DNA of 63,968 nucleotides from Candidatus Planktophila sp. (GTDB taxonomy: Bacteria > Actinomycetota > Actinomycetes > Nanopelagicales > Nanopelagicaceae): NCBI GenBank assembly GCA_964202795.1, contig CAXNJS010000001.1, forward strand, positions 1 to 63,968, given 5' to 3'. Positions 50,037 through 60,169 of the stretch are shown here, piece after piece; the first letter of the stretch is position 1; each line of letters starts with the position of its first letter. The notes under the pieces are model-generated. The model searched no databases. It had not been told where the DNA came from and saw only the letters and a program-made list of their open reading frames with translations. A program made the translations under genes and the position numbers.

Positions 50037-50864
50037 ATGCTTTCTTCAATTCCTACGCCAACTAATTCGGCGATCGGAATTGGGCCTCTTACTGTTCATT
50101 ACTACGCCTTATGCATAATCGTTGGCGTTGCTGTTGCTATTTGGCTAGGCAACAAGCGTTACCGTGCATATGCAAATAACAGCGAGCAATCAATCGGGGT
50201 CGTTGCCGATGTAGCAATTTACGCGGTTCCAGCTGGCATCATCGGTGGGCGTATTTATCACGTGATTACATCACCTGCGCAATACTTTGGTGAAAACGGT
50301 AGACCACTTGATGCGCTTAAAATTTACGAAGGTGGCTTAGGCATCTGGGGTGCCATATCACTGGGGGCAGTGGCTGCCTGGTTTGCCTATCGCAAGCGTG
50401 CCCAGAGTTTGGATTTACCTAGTTTTCGCTTATTTCTAGATGCTTTGGCGCCTGGGATTTTGATTGCGCAAGCAATTGGGCGAATCGGAAATTGGTTTAA
50501 TGGTGAACTTTTTGGCCGGCCATTTTCCGGGCCTTGGGCACTTGAAATACCGCTATCTAAACGTCCGATTGGCTATCTGCAATACGAAAGTTTTCATCCG
50601 ACCTTCCTGTATGAAGCAATTTGGTGCTTATCAGTTGCGGCGCTACTTATCTGGCTGACGCCAAAGCTAAAGGCCGGTCAAGGCTTTGCAATCTATGTGG
50701 CGCTTTATTGTGTGGGCAGATTTGCCATTGAATCAATACGCATTGATGATGCAAACACGATCTTCGGTCTGCGAGTTAATTTATGGACGGCGCTGGTCGT
50801 TGGGGTATTAGCGTGCGCAGTAGCACTCCGTTTCACACGGCCTAAATCAGATGAGATCGGGTAG
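50037..50864 (+). CDS. lgt: Prolipoprotein diacylglyceryl transferase
   Basis: GGLGIWGA, QAIGRIGNWFNGELFG and HPTFLYE motifs. Confidence 0.95.
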   Translation: MLSSIPTPTNSAIGIGPLTVHYYALCIIVGVAVAIWLGNKRYRAYANNSEQSIGVVADVAIYAVPAGIIGGRIYHVITSPAQYFGENGRPLDALKIYEGGLGIWGAISLGAVAAWFAYRKRAQSLDLPSFRLFLDALAPGILIAQAIGRIGNWFNGELFGRPFSGPWALEIPLSKRPIGYLQYESFHPTFLYEAIWCLSVAALLIWLTPKLKAGQGFAIYVALYCVGRFAIESIRIDDANTIFGLRVNLWTALVVGVLACAVALRFTRPKSDEIG

Positions 50865-50873
50865 TATCTAAAT

Positions 50874-51584
50874 ATGGCGCTTGACGATGTTTATCAACGA
50901 AATCTGCATCACCGCACCCATCGTGCTGGTTGGTTGCGCGCTGCGGTTTTAGGTGCCAATGATGGCTTAGTCTCGACAGCTTCATTGATGATCGGTGTTG
51001 CCGCTGCCCGTGTTAGCGATAGTTTTTTAATCACAGCTGGTATTGCTGGAATTTCAGCGGGTGCGATGTCGATGGCAGTCGGTGAATATGTTTCGGTGCG
51101 CGCGCAAAATGATGTTGAGGAATCTGATCGCTTACTTGAAATGGAGCATTTAGCCGCAGACCCCGAAGGTGAATTTTTAGAATTAGTTGAAATCTATGTA
51201 CACCGTGGCCTAACCCGAGAGCTGGCCCGCCAAGTTGTTGAACAGATGCATGCCAAAGATCCATTGGAAGCGCACTTGCGAGATGAGCTAGGACAATTTG
51301 AAAGTACTAGAGCGCGCCCGGTTCAAGCAGCCGTTGCGTCGGCGCTAAGTTTTACAATGGGTGGTCTAATTCCATTTGCCGGAGCATTTGCACCGATGGC
51401 AGGGTCGGTAGGGGTAAGCATCGTTGGCTTCACGCTATTTGGACTATTGGCCACTGGCATCATCAGCGCTCGCTCATCAGGTGCCTCTGTTTTCAAACCC
51501 ACCGTGCGAGTGATGATTGGCGGCTGCTTAGGTATGGCAATTACCGCTGGCATTGGCCATTTCGCTCATCTAAGCGGCATCTAA
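50874..51584 (+). CDS. VIT1/CCC1 family Fe/Mn transporter
   Basis: LRAAVLGANDGLVS and AGAMSMAVGEYVSV motifs. Confidence 0.92.
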   Translation: MALDDVYQRNLHHRTHRAGWLRAAVLGANDGLVSTASLMIGVAAARVSDSFLITAGIAGISAGAMSMAVGEYVSVRAQNDVEESDRLLEMEHLAADPEGEFLELVEIYVHRGLTRELARQVVEQMHAKDPLEAHLRDELGQFESTRARPVQAAVASALSFTMGGLIPFAGAFAPMAGSVGVSIVGFTLFGLLATGIISARSSGASVFKPTVRVMIGGCLGMAITAGIGHFAHLSGI

Positions 51585-51796
51585 CTCGTAAGTAGGTTTT
51601 CTCGCCCGGTTTGGCAGGGTGTAGATCACATGGATTATTGTAAATAACTAGCGTATTCGACTTACCTTTCCCCACTCTAGATTGCTACCCTTATCTATCG
51701 CGCAGGCGATGCGTAAAAAGTAAGTCCAGGGCCAAAGTTGTCCCGTGAATTAAGCGGCACAAGACAACTAGTAGCAAAGGATCTTGCGACAACCTA

Positions 51797-54700
51797 ATGG
51801 CTATCCCAAAAGAGTTTCCACCAGCACAAGGTCTTTATGACCCAGCAAACGAGCATGATGCATGCGGCGTTGCAATGGTTGCTACTCTAAATAAAGTTGC
51901 CACTCACGAAATTGTTGCTCAAGCGTTAACTGCACTTCGTAATCTTGAACATCGCGGCGCATCAGGTGCTGAACCAGATAGCGGTGATGGTGCTGGAATA
52001 TTAATTCGCGTGCCTGATGAATTTTATCAAGCAGTTGCTGGATTTAAGTTACCTGTGGCCGGAAGTTATGCAACGGGTATTGCCTTTGTTGGTCAAAGTT
52101 TTGATTTCCAAAATGAAATTGCAGCGATCGCAGCTGAAGAAGGTTTAGTTGTCTTAGGTTGGCGTGAACTTCCGATTAACTCATCAGCTCTTGGCAAGAC
52201 AGCCCTTGGCGTTATGCCAAAGTTTGAACAATTGTTCTTAGCTGGCGCCAATGGTGAATCTGGCATCGCGCTAGACCGCTTGGCATTTTGTCTGCGTAAG
52301 CGAGTTGAACATTCGATGGATATCTATTTTCCTTCACTTTCTGCGCAGACTATTGTTTATAAAGGCATGCTCACAACCGGTCAGCTAGAAGAATTCTTCC
52401 CAGATTTAAGTGATGAGCGCGTTAAATCTCCACTGGCACTTGTTCACTCTCGTTTTTCTACAAATACCTTCCCGTCATGGCCGCTAGCCCACCCATACCG
52501 ATTCATTGCGCATAACGGTGAAATCAATACGGTTAAGGGAAACCGTAACTGGATGCGTGCTCGTGAATCACTCCTTGAATCTGATGTGATTCCTGGTGAC
52601 TTCAAGCGCTTATTCCCAATTGTTGAAATGTCTGGCTCTGATTCAGCTTCCTTTGATGAAGTACTCGAATTGCTCTACTTAGGTGGGCGTTCTTTGCCAC
52701 ATTCAGTTTTGATGATGATTCCGGAAGCTTGGGAGAATCATGCCACGATGTCGCAAAAACGCCGTGACTTCTATGCCTTCCATGCCTCCCTTATGGAACC
52801 TTGGGATGGACCGGCCTGTGTAACTTTCACTGATGGAAACCAAGTTGGCGCAGTGCTCGATCGCAATGGTTTGCGACCATCTCGTTATTGGGTTACTAAA
52901 GATGGTTTAGTTGTTTTGGCTAGCGAAGTAGGCGTTCTAGATTTCGCACCTGAAGACATTGTTCGTAAAGGTCGCTTACAGCCAGGCAAGATGTTCTTAG
53001 TTGATATCGCTGCTGGCCGCATAATCGAAGATGATGAAATTAAAGATTCACTGGCAGCTGCTGAGAGCTATGGCCAGTGGCTACAAGATGGCATCGTTAA
53101 GTTAGCTGATCTGCCATCTCGCGAACATATTGTTTACCCACACTCATCAGTTGTTCGTCGTCAACGCGCATTTGGATACACCGAAGAAGATCTGAAAATT
53201 TTAATTACGCCCATGGCGCGCAGTGGCGGTGAGCCACTTGGTTCGATGGGTAGCGATTCACCTATTGCTGCTATCTCTGCCAAGCCACGTTTGCTCTTTG
53301 ATTATTTCTCACAACTTTTTGCCCAAGTTACTAACCCGCCACTAGATGCGATCCGTGAAGAGTTAGTTACTTCCCTCGGCGGCTCTATTGGCCCAGAACA
53401 TAACTTGCTTGATCCAGGTCCTGCTTCGTGCCGACAGATTTCACTAGCTTTCCCAGTTATCGATAATGATGAGTTAGCCAAAATCATTCACGTTAACGCC
53501 GACGATGAGTATCCAGAATTAGCGGCATATGTTGTTCGTGGACTTTTCCCAGTAAATGGCGATGGTCAAGCACTTCGCAAGCGAATCGATGAAATTAAGC
53601 ACGAAGTTTCCAAAGCAATTGATGATGGCGCTCACTTAATCGTGCTTTCTGATCGCGATGGCGATGCCGAAGACGCACCTATTCCATCTTTATTACTTAC
53701 ATCTGCAGTTCACCACCATTTAATTCGTGAGAAGAAGCGCACCCAAGTTGGCTTAGTTGTTGAAGCCGGCGATGTGCGCGAAGTGCACCATGTGGCATTG
53801 CTAATTGGATATGGCGCAGCAGCGGTAAACCCATACCTAGCTATGGAAACTGCGGAAGATTTAGTTCGCCAAGGCGTTATAACTGGCATCGCACCTGAAA
53901 AGGCAGTGCGTAATTTAATTAAGGCGCTAGGTAAAGGCGTGCTTAAAGTTATGTCAAAGATGGGTATTTCAACCATCGCTTCTTACACCGGTGCTCAAGT
54001 ATTTGAAGCGATTGGTATTAGCCAAGAAGTTGTCGATGAATTCTTCGTAGGTACTACTTCTCGCTTAGGTGGAATTAGCCTAGACATCATTGCGCAAGAA
54101 ACTATTGCGCGTCATCACATTGCCTATCCGCCAGGGGGAGAAGTTCCTGGTTCTAAACGTCTGCCTACTGGTGGCGAGTACTCATGGCGTCGCGATGGCG
54201 AACCACACTTATTTGATCCAGAAACTGTATTTGCGCTGCAGCATTCAACTCGCAATAAGCGGTTTGATATTTTCCAGCGTTATACCAATCGAGTAGATGA
54301 GCAAAGCCATCGCTTGATGACACTTCGTGGCCTCTTCAAATTTGCTGACGGTGTGCGCCAACCTATTTCAATTGATGAAGTTGAACCGGTTTCGCAAATC
54401 GTAAAGCGTTTCTCAACTGGCGCGATGTCATATGGCTCGATTTCGCAAGAGGCGCACGAGACGCTAGCTGTTGCAATGAACCGGTTAGGTGCTAAATCAA
54501 ATACTGGTGAAGGTGGCGAGGATCCTTCTCGTTACGTTAAAGAGAGTAATGGTGATTCAAAGCGATCTGCCATTAAGCAGGTTGCATCTGGTCGATTCGG
54601 CGTAACATCGGATTACTTAGTCAATTCCGATGACATTCAGATCAAGATCGCCCAAGGCGCTAAGCCAGGCGAAGGTGGTCAACTACCTGGTAACAAGGTT

Positions 54701-56314
54701 TATCCGTGGATTGCCAAGGTGCGTTATTCAACTCCTGGCGTTGGTCTGATTTCTCCACCACCACATCACGACATTTATTCAATTGAAGATTTAGCGCAAC
54801 TAATTCACGATCTAAAGAATGCGAATAAAGATGCTCGTGTTCACGTGAAATTAGTAGCCGAGGTAGGCGTTGGCACAGTTGCTGCTGGCGTTTCTAAAGC
54901 GCACGCAGACGTTGTTCTTATCTCCGGTCATGATGGCGGTACTGGTGCTTCACCACTTACTTCACTCAAGCATGCTGGTGCGCCGTGGGAACTCGGTTTA
55001 GCTGAAACTCAACAGACGCTGCTGCTTAACAATTTGCGCGATCGCATTGTGGTTCAGGCAGATGGTCAGTTAAAAACTGGTCGCGATGTAGTTATTGCAA
55101 CACTTCTCGGTGCTGAAGAATTTGGTTTTGCAACTGCACCGCTAGTTGTTTCAGGTTGCATCATGATGCGCGTCTGTCATCTTGATACTTGCCCAGTTGG
55201 TGTTGCTACGCAGAATCCAGAGTTGCGCAAAAACTTTAGTGGTAAGCCAGAATTCGTAGAAACTTTCTTTGAATATATTGCCGAAGAAGTTCGCGCACTA
55301 TTAGCTCAACTTGGATACCGCACGCTTCTTGAAGCAGTTGGCCATGTGGAATCTCTTGATACCCGCGATGCAGTCAATCACTGGAAAGCAGCCGGTCTAG
55401 ATTTAGCTCCACTATTAGTGCGACCAGATGTTCAAACCCCACTTCATAATACGACTACTCAAGATCATGGCTTAGCTGCAGCTCTTGATAACAAGCTAAT
55501 TGAACTAGCCGACGTTGCACTTACTAATGGTGAGCCGGTAAAGATTGATCTGCCAGTTCGAAATGTTAACCGCACTGTCGGAACTATGTTGGGCGCTGAA
55601 ATCACTCGTCGTTATGGCGGCAATGGTTTACCTGCCGGCACCATCGATCTCACCCTGCATGGCTCGGCTGGTCAATCACTGGGCGCATTTATTCCAAGTG
55701 GTCTGAAAATTCGCCTATATGGTGATTCCAATGACTACGTGGCAAAGGGTATTTCTGGTGGCACTGTTGTAGTGCGCCCTGATGAGAAAGCTTCCTTTAA
55801 ATCAGATGAAAATGTAATTGCCGGAAACGTTATTGGTTATGGCGCCACCTCAGGCAAAATCTATGTGCGCGGCAAGGTGGGTGAGCGCTTCTGTGTTCGC
55901 AACTCTGGTGCAATTGCGATTGTTGAAGGTATTGGCGATCATGGTTGCGAATACATGACTGGTGGCACTGTCGTAGTTCTTGGTGCAACTGGCCGAAACT
56001 TTGCAGCTGGCATGTCTGGCGGTCGTGCATTTATGCTCGATATTGATAGTGCCAATGTAAATACCGAAATGGTTGATCTAATGGCAGTACCGGAAGATCA
56101 GAAAGAGACTCTAAAAACATTGGTCTCAGATTTCCAAGTTGAAACTGGTTCCGAAATTGCTGCAGGGCTATTAGCAAATTGGCCAGCAGCGCTGACTCGT
56201 TTCACTTTAGTTATGCCACGTGATTACGCGCGAGTGCTAGCTGCAATTGAACGGGCCACTCGCGAAGGTTTGCCAGTTGATCAAGTCGTAATGGAGGTAG
56301 CAGCAAATGGCTGA
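51797..56314 (+). CDS. gltB: Glutamate synthase large subunit
   Basis: EHDACGV N-terminal nucleophile, [21 protein letters not shown], CxxxRxCHxxxC cluster. Confidence 0.97.
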   Translation: MAIPKEFPPAQGLYDPANEHDACGVAMVATLNKVATHEIVAQALTALRNLEHRGASGAEPDSGDGAGILIRVPDEFYQAVAGFKLPVAGSYATGIAFVGQSFDFQNEIAAIAAEEGLVVLGWRELPINSSALGKTALGVMPKFEQLFLAGANGESGIALDRLAFCLRKRVEHSMDIYFPSLSAQTIVYKGMLTTGQLEEFFPDLSDERVKSPLALVHSRFSTNTFPSWPLAHPYRFIAHNGEINTVKGNRNWMRARESLLESDVIPGDFKRLFPIVEMSGSDSASFDEVLELLYLGGRSLPHSVLMMIPEAWENHATMSQKRRDFYAFHASLMEPWDGPACVTFTDGNQVGAVLDRNGLRPSRYWVTKDGLVVLASEVGVLDFAPEDIVRKGRLQPGKMFLVDIAAGRIIEDDEIKDSLAAAESYGQWLQDGIVKLADLPSREHIVYPHSSVVRRQRAFGYTEEDLKILITPMARSGGEPLGSMGSDSPIAAISAKPRLLFDYFSQLFAQVTNPPLDAIREELVTSLGGSIGPEHNLLDPGPASCRQISLAFPVIDNDELAKIIHVNADDEYPELAAYVVRGLFPVNGDGQALRKRIDEIKHEVSKAIDDGAHLIVLSDRDGDAEDAPIPSLLLTSAVHHHLIREKKRTQVGLVVEAGDVREVHHVALLIGYGAAAVNPYLAMETAEDLVRQGVITGIAPEKAVRNLIKALGKGVLKVMSKMGISTIASYTGAQVFEAIGISQEVVDEFFVGTTSRLGGISLDIIAQETIARHHIAYPPGGEVPGSKRLPTGGEYSWRRDGEPHLFDPETVFALQHSTRNKRFDIFQRYTNRVDEQSHRLMTLRGLFKFADGVRQPISIDEVEPVSQIVKRFSTGAMSYGSISQEAHETLAVAMNRLGAKSNTGEGGEDPSRYVKESNGDSKRSAIKQVASGRFGVTSDYLVNSDDIQIKIAQGAKPGEGGQLPGNKVYPWIAKVRYSTPGVGLISPPPHHDIYSIEDLAQLIHDLKNANKDARVHVKLVAEVGVGTVAAGVSKAHADVVLISGHDGGTGASPLTSLKHAGAPWELGLAETQQTLLLNNLRDRIVVQADGQLKTGRDVVIATLLGAEEFGFATAPLVVSGCIMMRVCHLDTCPVGVATQNPELRKNFSGKPEFVETFFEYIAEEVRALLAQLGYRTLLEAVGHVESLDTRDAVNHWKAAGLDLAPLLVRPDVQTPLHNTTTQDHGLAAALDNKLIELADVALTNGEPVKIDLPVRNVNRTVGTMLGAEITRRYGGNGLPAGTIDLTLHGSAGQSLGAFIPSGLKIRLYGDSNDYVAKGISGGTVVVRPDEKASFKSDENVIAGNVIGYGATSGKIYVRGKVGERFCVRNSGAIAIVEGIGDHGCEYMTGGTVVVLGATGRNFAAGMSGGRAFMLDIDSANVNTEMVDLMAVPEDQKETLKTLVSDFQVETGSEIAAGLLANWPAALTRFTLVMPRDYARVLAAIERATREGLPVDQVVMEVAANG

Positions 56315-57761
56315 TCCAAAAGGATTTTTAACTACTGATCGCGCTGTACCAACACGACGCCCAGTAGATGTGCGGATTAAAGATTGGAAAGAAGTCTACG
56401 AGGAGCAAGCTTTTCCTGATTTGCAGAAGCAAGCTGGTCGTTGCATGGATTGCGGAATTCCGTTCTGCCATTCAGGTTGCCCACTTGGTAATTTGATTCC
56501 AGAATGGAATGACTTAATTTGGCAAGGTGACAAAAATGAGGCAATTGATCGTTTGCACGCAACAAATAACTTCCCTGAATTCACGGGGCGACTATGTCCA
56601 GCACCTTGCGAAACCGCATGCGTTGTTGCGATTAACACAACTGCGGTAACTATCAAGCAAATTGAATTGCGCACCATTGAAGAAGCTTTTAAAGATGGCA
56701 GCGTCGTTCCTTTGATTGCTGACCGCCTAACTGGCAAAACTGTTGCCGTAGTTGGTTCTGGCCCAGCTGGCTTAGCTGCTGCGCAACAATTAACTAGAGC
56801 TGGACACACAGTCGCGGTTTATGATCGTGCCGACAAAATCGGTGGCCTGCTTCGTTACGGAATTCCAGAGTTTAAAATGGAGAAAGCAATTCTCGATCGT
56901 CGGTTAGATCAGATGACTAAAGAGGGAACTCGTTTTCGCCCCGGCGTTAATGTCGGTGTGGAACTAACTGGTTCACAATTGCGCACTAAGTACGATGCGA
57001 TTGTTTTAGCAGTTGGTGCGACACAGTGGCGTGATCTAAATGTTCCTGGCCGCGATCTTAAAGGCGTCTATCAAGCGATGGAGTTTTTACCTTGGGGTAA
57101 TCTCCAAGGCTTAGGCGAAATCGAAAATCCAGAAATTAATGTGGCTGGTAAAAATGTAGTAATTCTTGGTGGCGGCGACACTGGTGCTGACTGCTTAGGT
57201 ACCTCAATTCGCCAAGGCGCAGCAAATGTTACCCAGCTTGAAATCATGCCGCGTCCAACGGAGGAACGTCCAGCCGATCAACCTTGGCCAACGTACCCAA
57301 TGATTTATCGAGTATCTAGTGCTCATGAAGAATTAGATAATCGCATGTTCGCAGTTAGTACCGAAGAGTTCCTAGGCGATGGAAATGGCAATCTACGAGC
57401 GATTAAACTCGTTGAAACTAAATTTGAAAATGGTAAGTTCGAGCCAGTTCCAGGTACCGAGCAAGAATTACCAACTGATTTTGTTTTCTTAGCGTTGGGA
57501 TTTACTGGACCAGAAAAAACCGCGCTAATCGAGCAACTCGAAGTTGAACTTGATGAACGTGGAAACATCAAACGTGGGTTGGATTACCAAAGCAGCCAAG
57601 ATGGAATTTTCGTGGCCGGCGATGCTGGTCGTGGACAATCGCTCATTGTTTGGGCGATCGCAGAAGGTCGCAGCGCAGCGGCTGAGGTAGATAAGTACTT
57701 AACTGGCGATACGCAATTGCCAGCACCAATACTTCCTACCGCTCGACCAATGATGGTCTAG
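56307..57761 (+). CDS. gltD: Glutamate synthase small subunit
   Basis: [22 protein letters not shown] and [10 protein letters not shown] motifs. Confidence 0.96.
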   Translation: MADPKGFLTTDRAVPTRRPVDVRIKDWKEVYEEQAFPDLQKQAGRCMDCGIPFCHSGCPLGNLIPEWNDLIWQGDKNEAIDRLHATNNFPEFTGRLCPAPCETACVVAINTTAVTIKQIELRTIEEAFKDGSVVPLIADRLTGKTVAVVGSGPAGLAAAQQLTRAGHTVAVYDRADKIGGLLRYGIPEFKMEKAILDRRLDQMTKEGTRFRPGVNVGVELTGSQLRTKYDAIVLAVGATQWRDLNVPGRDLKGVYQAMEFLPWGNLQGLGEIENPEINVAGKNVVILGGGDTGADCLGTSIRQGAANVTQLEIMPRPTEERPADQPWPTYPMIYRVSSAHEELDNRMFAVSTEEFLGDGNGNLRAIKLVETKFENGKFEPVPGTEQELPTDFVFLALGFTGPEKTALIEQLEVELDERGNIKRGLDYQSSQDGIFVAGDAGRGQSLIVWAIAEGRSAAAEVDKYLTGDTQLPAPILPTARPMMV

Positions 57762-57782
57762 TTAAAGAACACTAACTAGACC
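57755..57782 (+). terminator. Hairpin overlapping the gltD stop codon
   Basis: GGTCTAGTTA-N8-TAACTAGACC perfect 10-bp stem; no strong U-tail. Confidence 0.45.
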
Positions 57783-57814
57783 TTAAATAGAAACTAACTA
57801 GATAGGCTATAGAT

Positions 57815-59254
57815 ATGCGCCGCGCTAAAATTGTATGCACGATGGGTCCAGCTGTTGATTCTTCCGAGAAGGTTCATGAGCTAATTGCAGCTGGCATGAA
57901 CATGGCTCGGCTAAACCTGTCACACGGGGGACACGACGAGCACCAAAGCCGCCTTGATTTAGTTCGCTCTGTTGCGGCTGAGACAAATCAACCTGTTGCT
58001 ATCTTGGTCGATTTACAAGGTCCCAAGATTCGTTTGGCTCGTTTCGCTAACGGACCACATGATTTAGCACGAGGCGATATTTTCACCATCACAGCTGATG
58101 AAGTTGAAGGCACTAAAGAGCGCGTTGGAACTACCTATAAAGGCCTGCCTGGTGATTGCAAGCCAGGGGACCGAATTTTAATTGATGATGGAAAAGTTAC
58201 TGTTGAAGTTGTTGAAGTTAACGGCAACGATGTTGTAACTAAAGTTATTGAGCCAGGCGCTGTTAGTAACAATAAAGGTATTAACCTGCCTGGTGTTGCT
58301 GTCTCAGTTCCCGCGCTATCTGAAAAAGATAAAGAAGATCTTCGTTGGGGCTTAGTAGCGGGTGCAGATTTTATTGCGCTCTCATTTGTTCGTAGCGCCT
58401 CTGATATTGAAGATGTTCACGCGATCATGGATGAAGTTGGAATTCGCCGCCCAGTAATTGCCAAGATTGAAAAACCACAAGCTGTTGAGAATTTGCAAGA
58501 AATTGTCGATGCCTTTGATGGCATCATGGTTGCCCGTGGTGATCTCGGGGTAGAGCTACCGATTGAAGATGTGCCGTTGGTGCAAAAGCGTTGTATCGAA
58601 CTTGCTCGCGAAGCGGCAAAACCAGTAATCGTGGCAACCCAAATGCTTGATTCAATGATTACTAATTCAACGCCAACTCGCGCTGAAGCAACTGACTGTG
58701 CAAACGCAGTTCTAGATGGCGCAGACGCGCTGATGCTCTCTGGTGAAACTAGCGTTGGCGCATTTGCGATAGAAGCGGTGCAGGTTATGTCTCGCATCAT
58801 TGTTAAAACTGAGCAGGACATGATGGATCGAATTCGCCCAATGCGTACTCAGCCTAAAACAAAGGGTGGCGCAATAACTAAGGCAGCTGCCGAAGTTGGC
58901 AAGATTGTCGATGCTAAATTCTTAATTGCATTTACCAAGAGTGGTGACTCGGCTCGTCGCATGTCTCGTCTTCGTTCACCAATTCAGATTTTGGCACTGA
59001 CGCCAGATCCGGCGACCTTTAACCAATTAGCTCTTTCTTGGGGCGTTGAGTCGATGATCATGCCGATGGTTAGCCACACTGATGAGATGGTTAAGCAAGT
59101 AGATACCTTGCTCGTTGAAAGTGGCCGTGGTGTAGTGGGCGAGAATGTAATGATCGTGGCTGGCTCGCCTCCCGGAATTCCAGGATCAACAAATGCGATG
59201 CGTGTTCACCGAATCGGTGATGCGATCTCTGGCGCTGCGCCTGCGTATCGCTAG
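57815..59254 (+). CDS. pyk: Pyruvate kinase
   Basis: RLNLSHG, DLQGPKIR, IAKIEK, MVARGDLG and ATQML motifs. Confidence 0.97.
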   Translation: MRRAKIVCTMGPAVDSSEKVHELIAAGMNMARLNLSHGGHDEHQSRLDLVRSVAAETNQPVAILVDLQGPKIRLARFANGPHDLARGDIFTITADEVEGTKERVGTTYKGLPGDCKPGDRILIDDGKVTVEVVEVNGNDVVTKVIEPGAVSNNKGINLPGVAVSVPALSEKDKEDLRWGLVAGADFIALSFVRSASDIEDVHAIMDEVGIRRPVIAKIEKPQAVENLQEIVDAFDGIMVARGDLGVELPIEDVPLVQKRCIELAREAAKPVIVATQMLDSMITNSTPTRAEATDCANAVLDGADALMLSGETSVGAFAIEAVQVMSRIIVKTEQDMMDRIRPMRTQPKTKGGAITKAAAEVGKIVDAKFLIAFTKSGDSARRMSRLRSPIQILALTPDPATFNQLALSWGVESMIMPMVSHTDEMVKQVDTLLVESGRGVVGENVMIVAGSPPGIPGSTNAMRVHRIGDAISGAAPAYR

Positions 59255-59299
59255 CTGCGTTTCGTAGCCAATTTTCTTACCGCTACAATTGCCCTTCCA

Positions 59300-59372
59300 G
59301 CCTCGGTACTCCAACGGTAGAGAGGGCAGTCTCAAACACTGCATAGTGTCGGTTCGAATCCGACTCGAGGCA
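59300..59372 (+). tRNA. tRNA-Leu(CAA), type I (short variable loop), CCA not encoded
   Basis: Acceptor GCCTCGG/TCGAGGC+A, anticodon arm GCAGT-CTCAAAC-ACTGC, 5-nt variable loop, T arm GTCGG-TTCGAAT-CCGAC; TACAAT -10 element at 59284. Confidence 0.93.
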
Positions 59373-59373
59373 C

Positions 59374-59985
59374 ATGAATTCACAGAGCACTAGCAAGAGC
59401 TCTACTTCACCTGCCACCCGCATTCTGGTCGCCGAAGATGAAACTTTAATTCGCATGGATTTAGTTGAAATGCTCACCGAAGCTGGTTATGAAGTTATTG
59501 CCCAAGCTACAAATGGTGAAGAAGCAATCGCATTAGCAAATGAACATAAACCCGATCTAGCAATTTTAGATGTGCAGATGCCAGTTCTTGATGGAATTTC
59601 GGCGGCGGAAAAAATTATTGCAATCGCCCCAGTTCTAATGTTGACGGCATTTAGTCAGCGAGAGTTAGTTGATCGCGCGCGTGATGCTGGCGTTATGGCA
59701 TACGTGGTCAAACCATTTACGATCTCTGATTTAGTGCCAGCGATTGAAATTGCAATCAGCCGACATACTCAGATGCGCTCACTTGCAGATGAAGTGGCAG
59801 TTCTTCATGATCGACTAGAGACTCGCAAAGTAATTGATCGCGCTAAAGGTATTTTGATGAAGGCGCTAAATCTCACTGAGCCCGAGGCATTTTCTTGGAT
59901 ACAACGAGCTGCCATGGATCGCCGAATCACCATGAAAGAGGTTGCTGAAGCGGTAATTTCACCTTCGGCCGTTCCAGATAAGTAA
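59374..59985 (+). CDS. pdtaR: ANTAR-domain response regulator (PdtaR-like)
   Basis: Receiver domain (AEDE, LDVQMP, LTAF, KPF) plus ANTAR domain (RKVIDRAKGILM...EAF...AMDRR). Confidence 0.88.
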   Translation: MNSQSTSKSSTSPATRILVAEDETLIRMDLVEMLTEAGYEVIAQATNGEEAIALANEHKPDLAILDVQMPVLDGISAAEKIIAIAPVLMLTAFSQRELVDRARDAGVMAYVVKPFTISDLVPAIEIAISRHTQMRSLADEVAVLHDRLETRKVIDRAKGILMKALNLTEPEAFSWIQRAAMDRRITMKEVAEAVISPSAVPDK

Positions 59986-60039
59986 GGTGCAAGTGCTTCG
60001 CAAATGGATGGCAACTTAGGCGGGAAATTCTGCTAAATC

Positions 60040-60055
60040 GTTACATGGATGTAAT
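60040..60055. promoter_or_regulatory. Candidate operator upstream of the liv operon (GlnR-like / palindrome)
   Basis: GTTAC-N6-GTAAT, which also forms the inverted repeat TTACAT-GG-ATGTAA. Confidence 0.4.
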
Positions 60056-60169
60056 TTATTAAGCGTATTTTTGCCGAGATTTTTGCCATCTGGGCTTGTC
60101 CAATCATCACCCCTGCCGTTACGCTCATCTCCTCCCTGTCCCGGGACACAAGAACAGGAAAGGCAATAA

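Noticed and set aside
51615-51630. CRP/GlxR-like site upstream of gltB
   Set aside because: Only the TCACA half matches; the left half (CAGGG) does not resemble TGTGA.
59300-59372. tRNA as an integration site for a genomic island
   Set aside because: No integrase, no duplicated tRNA 3' end, and flanked by core genes.
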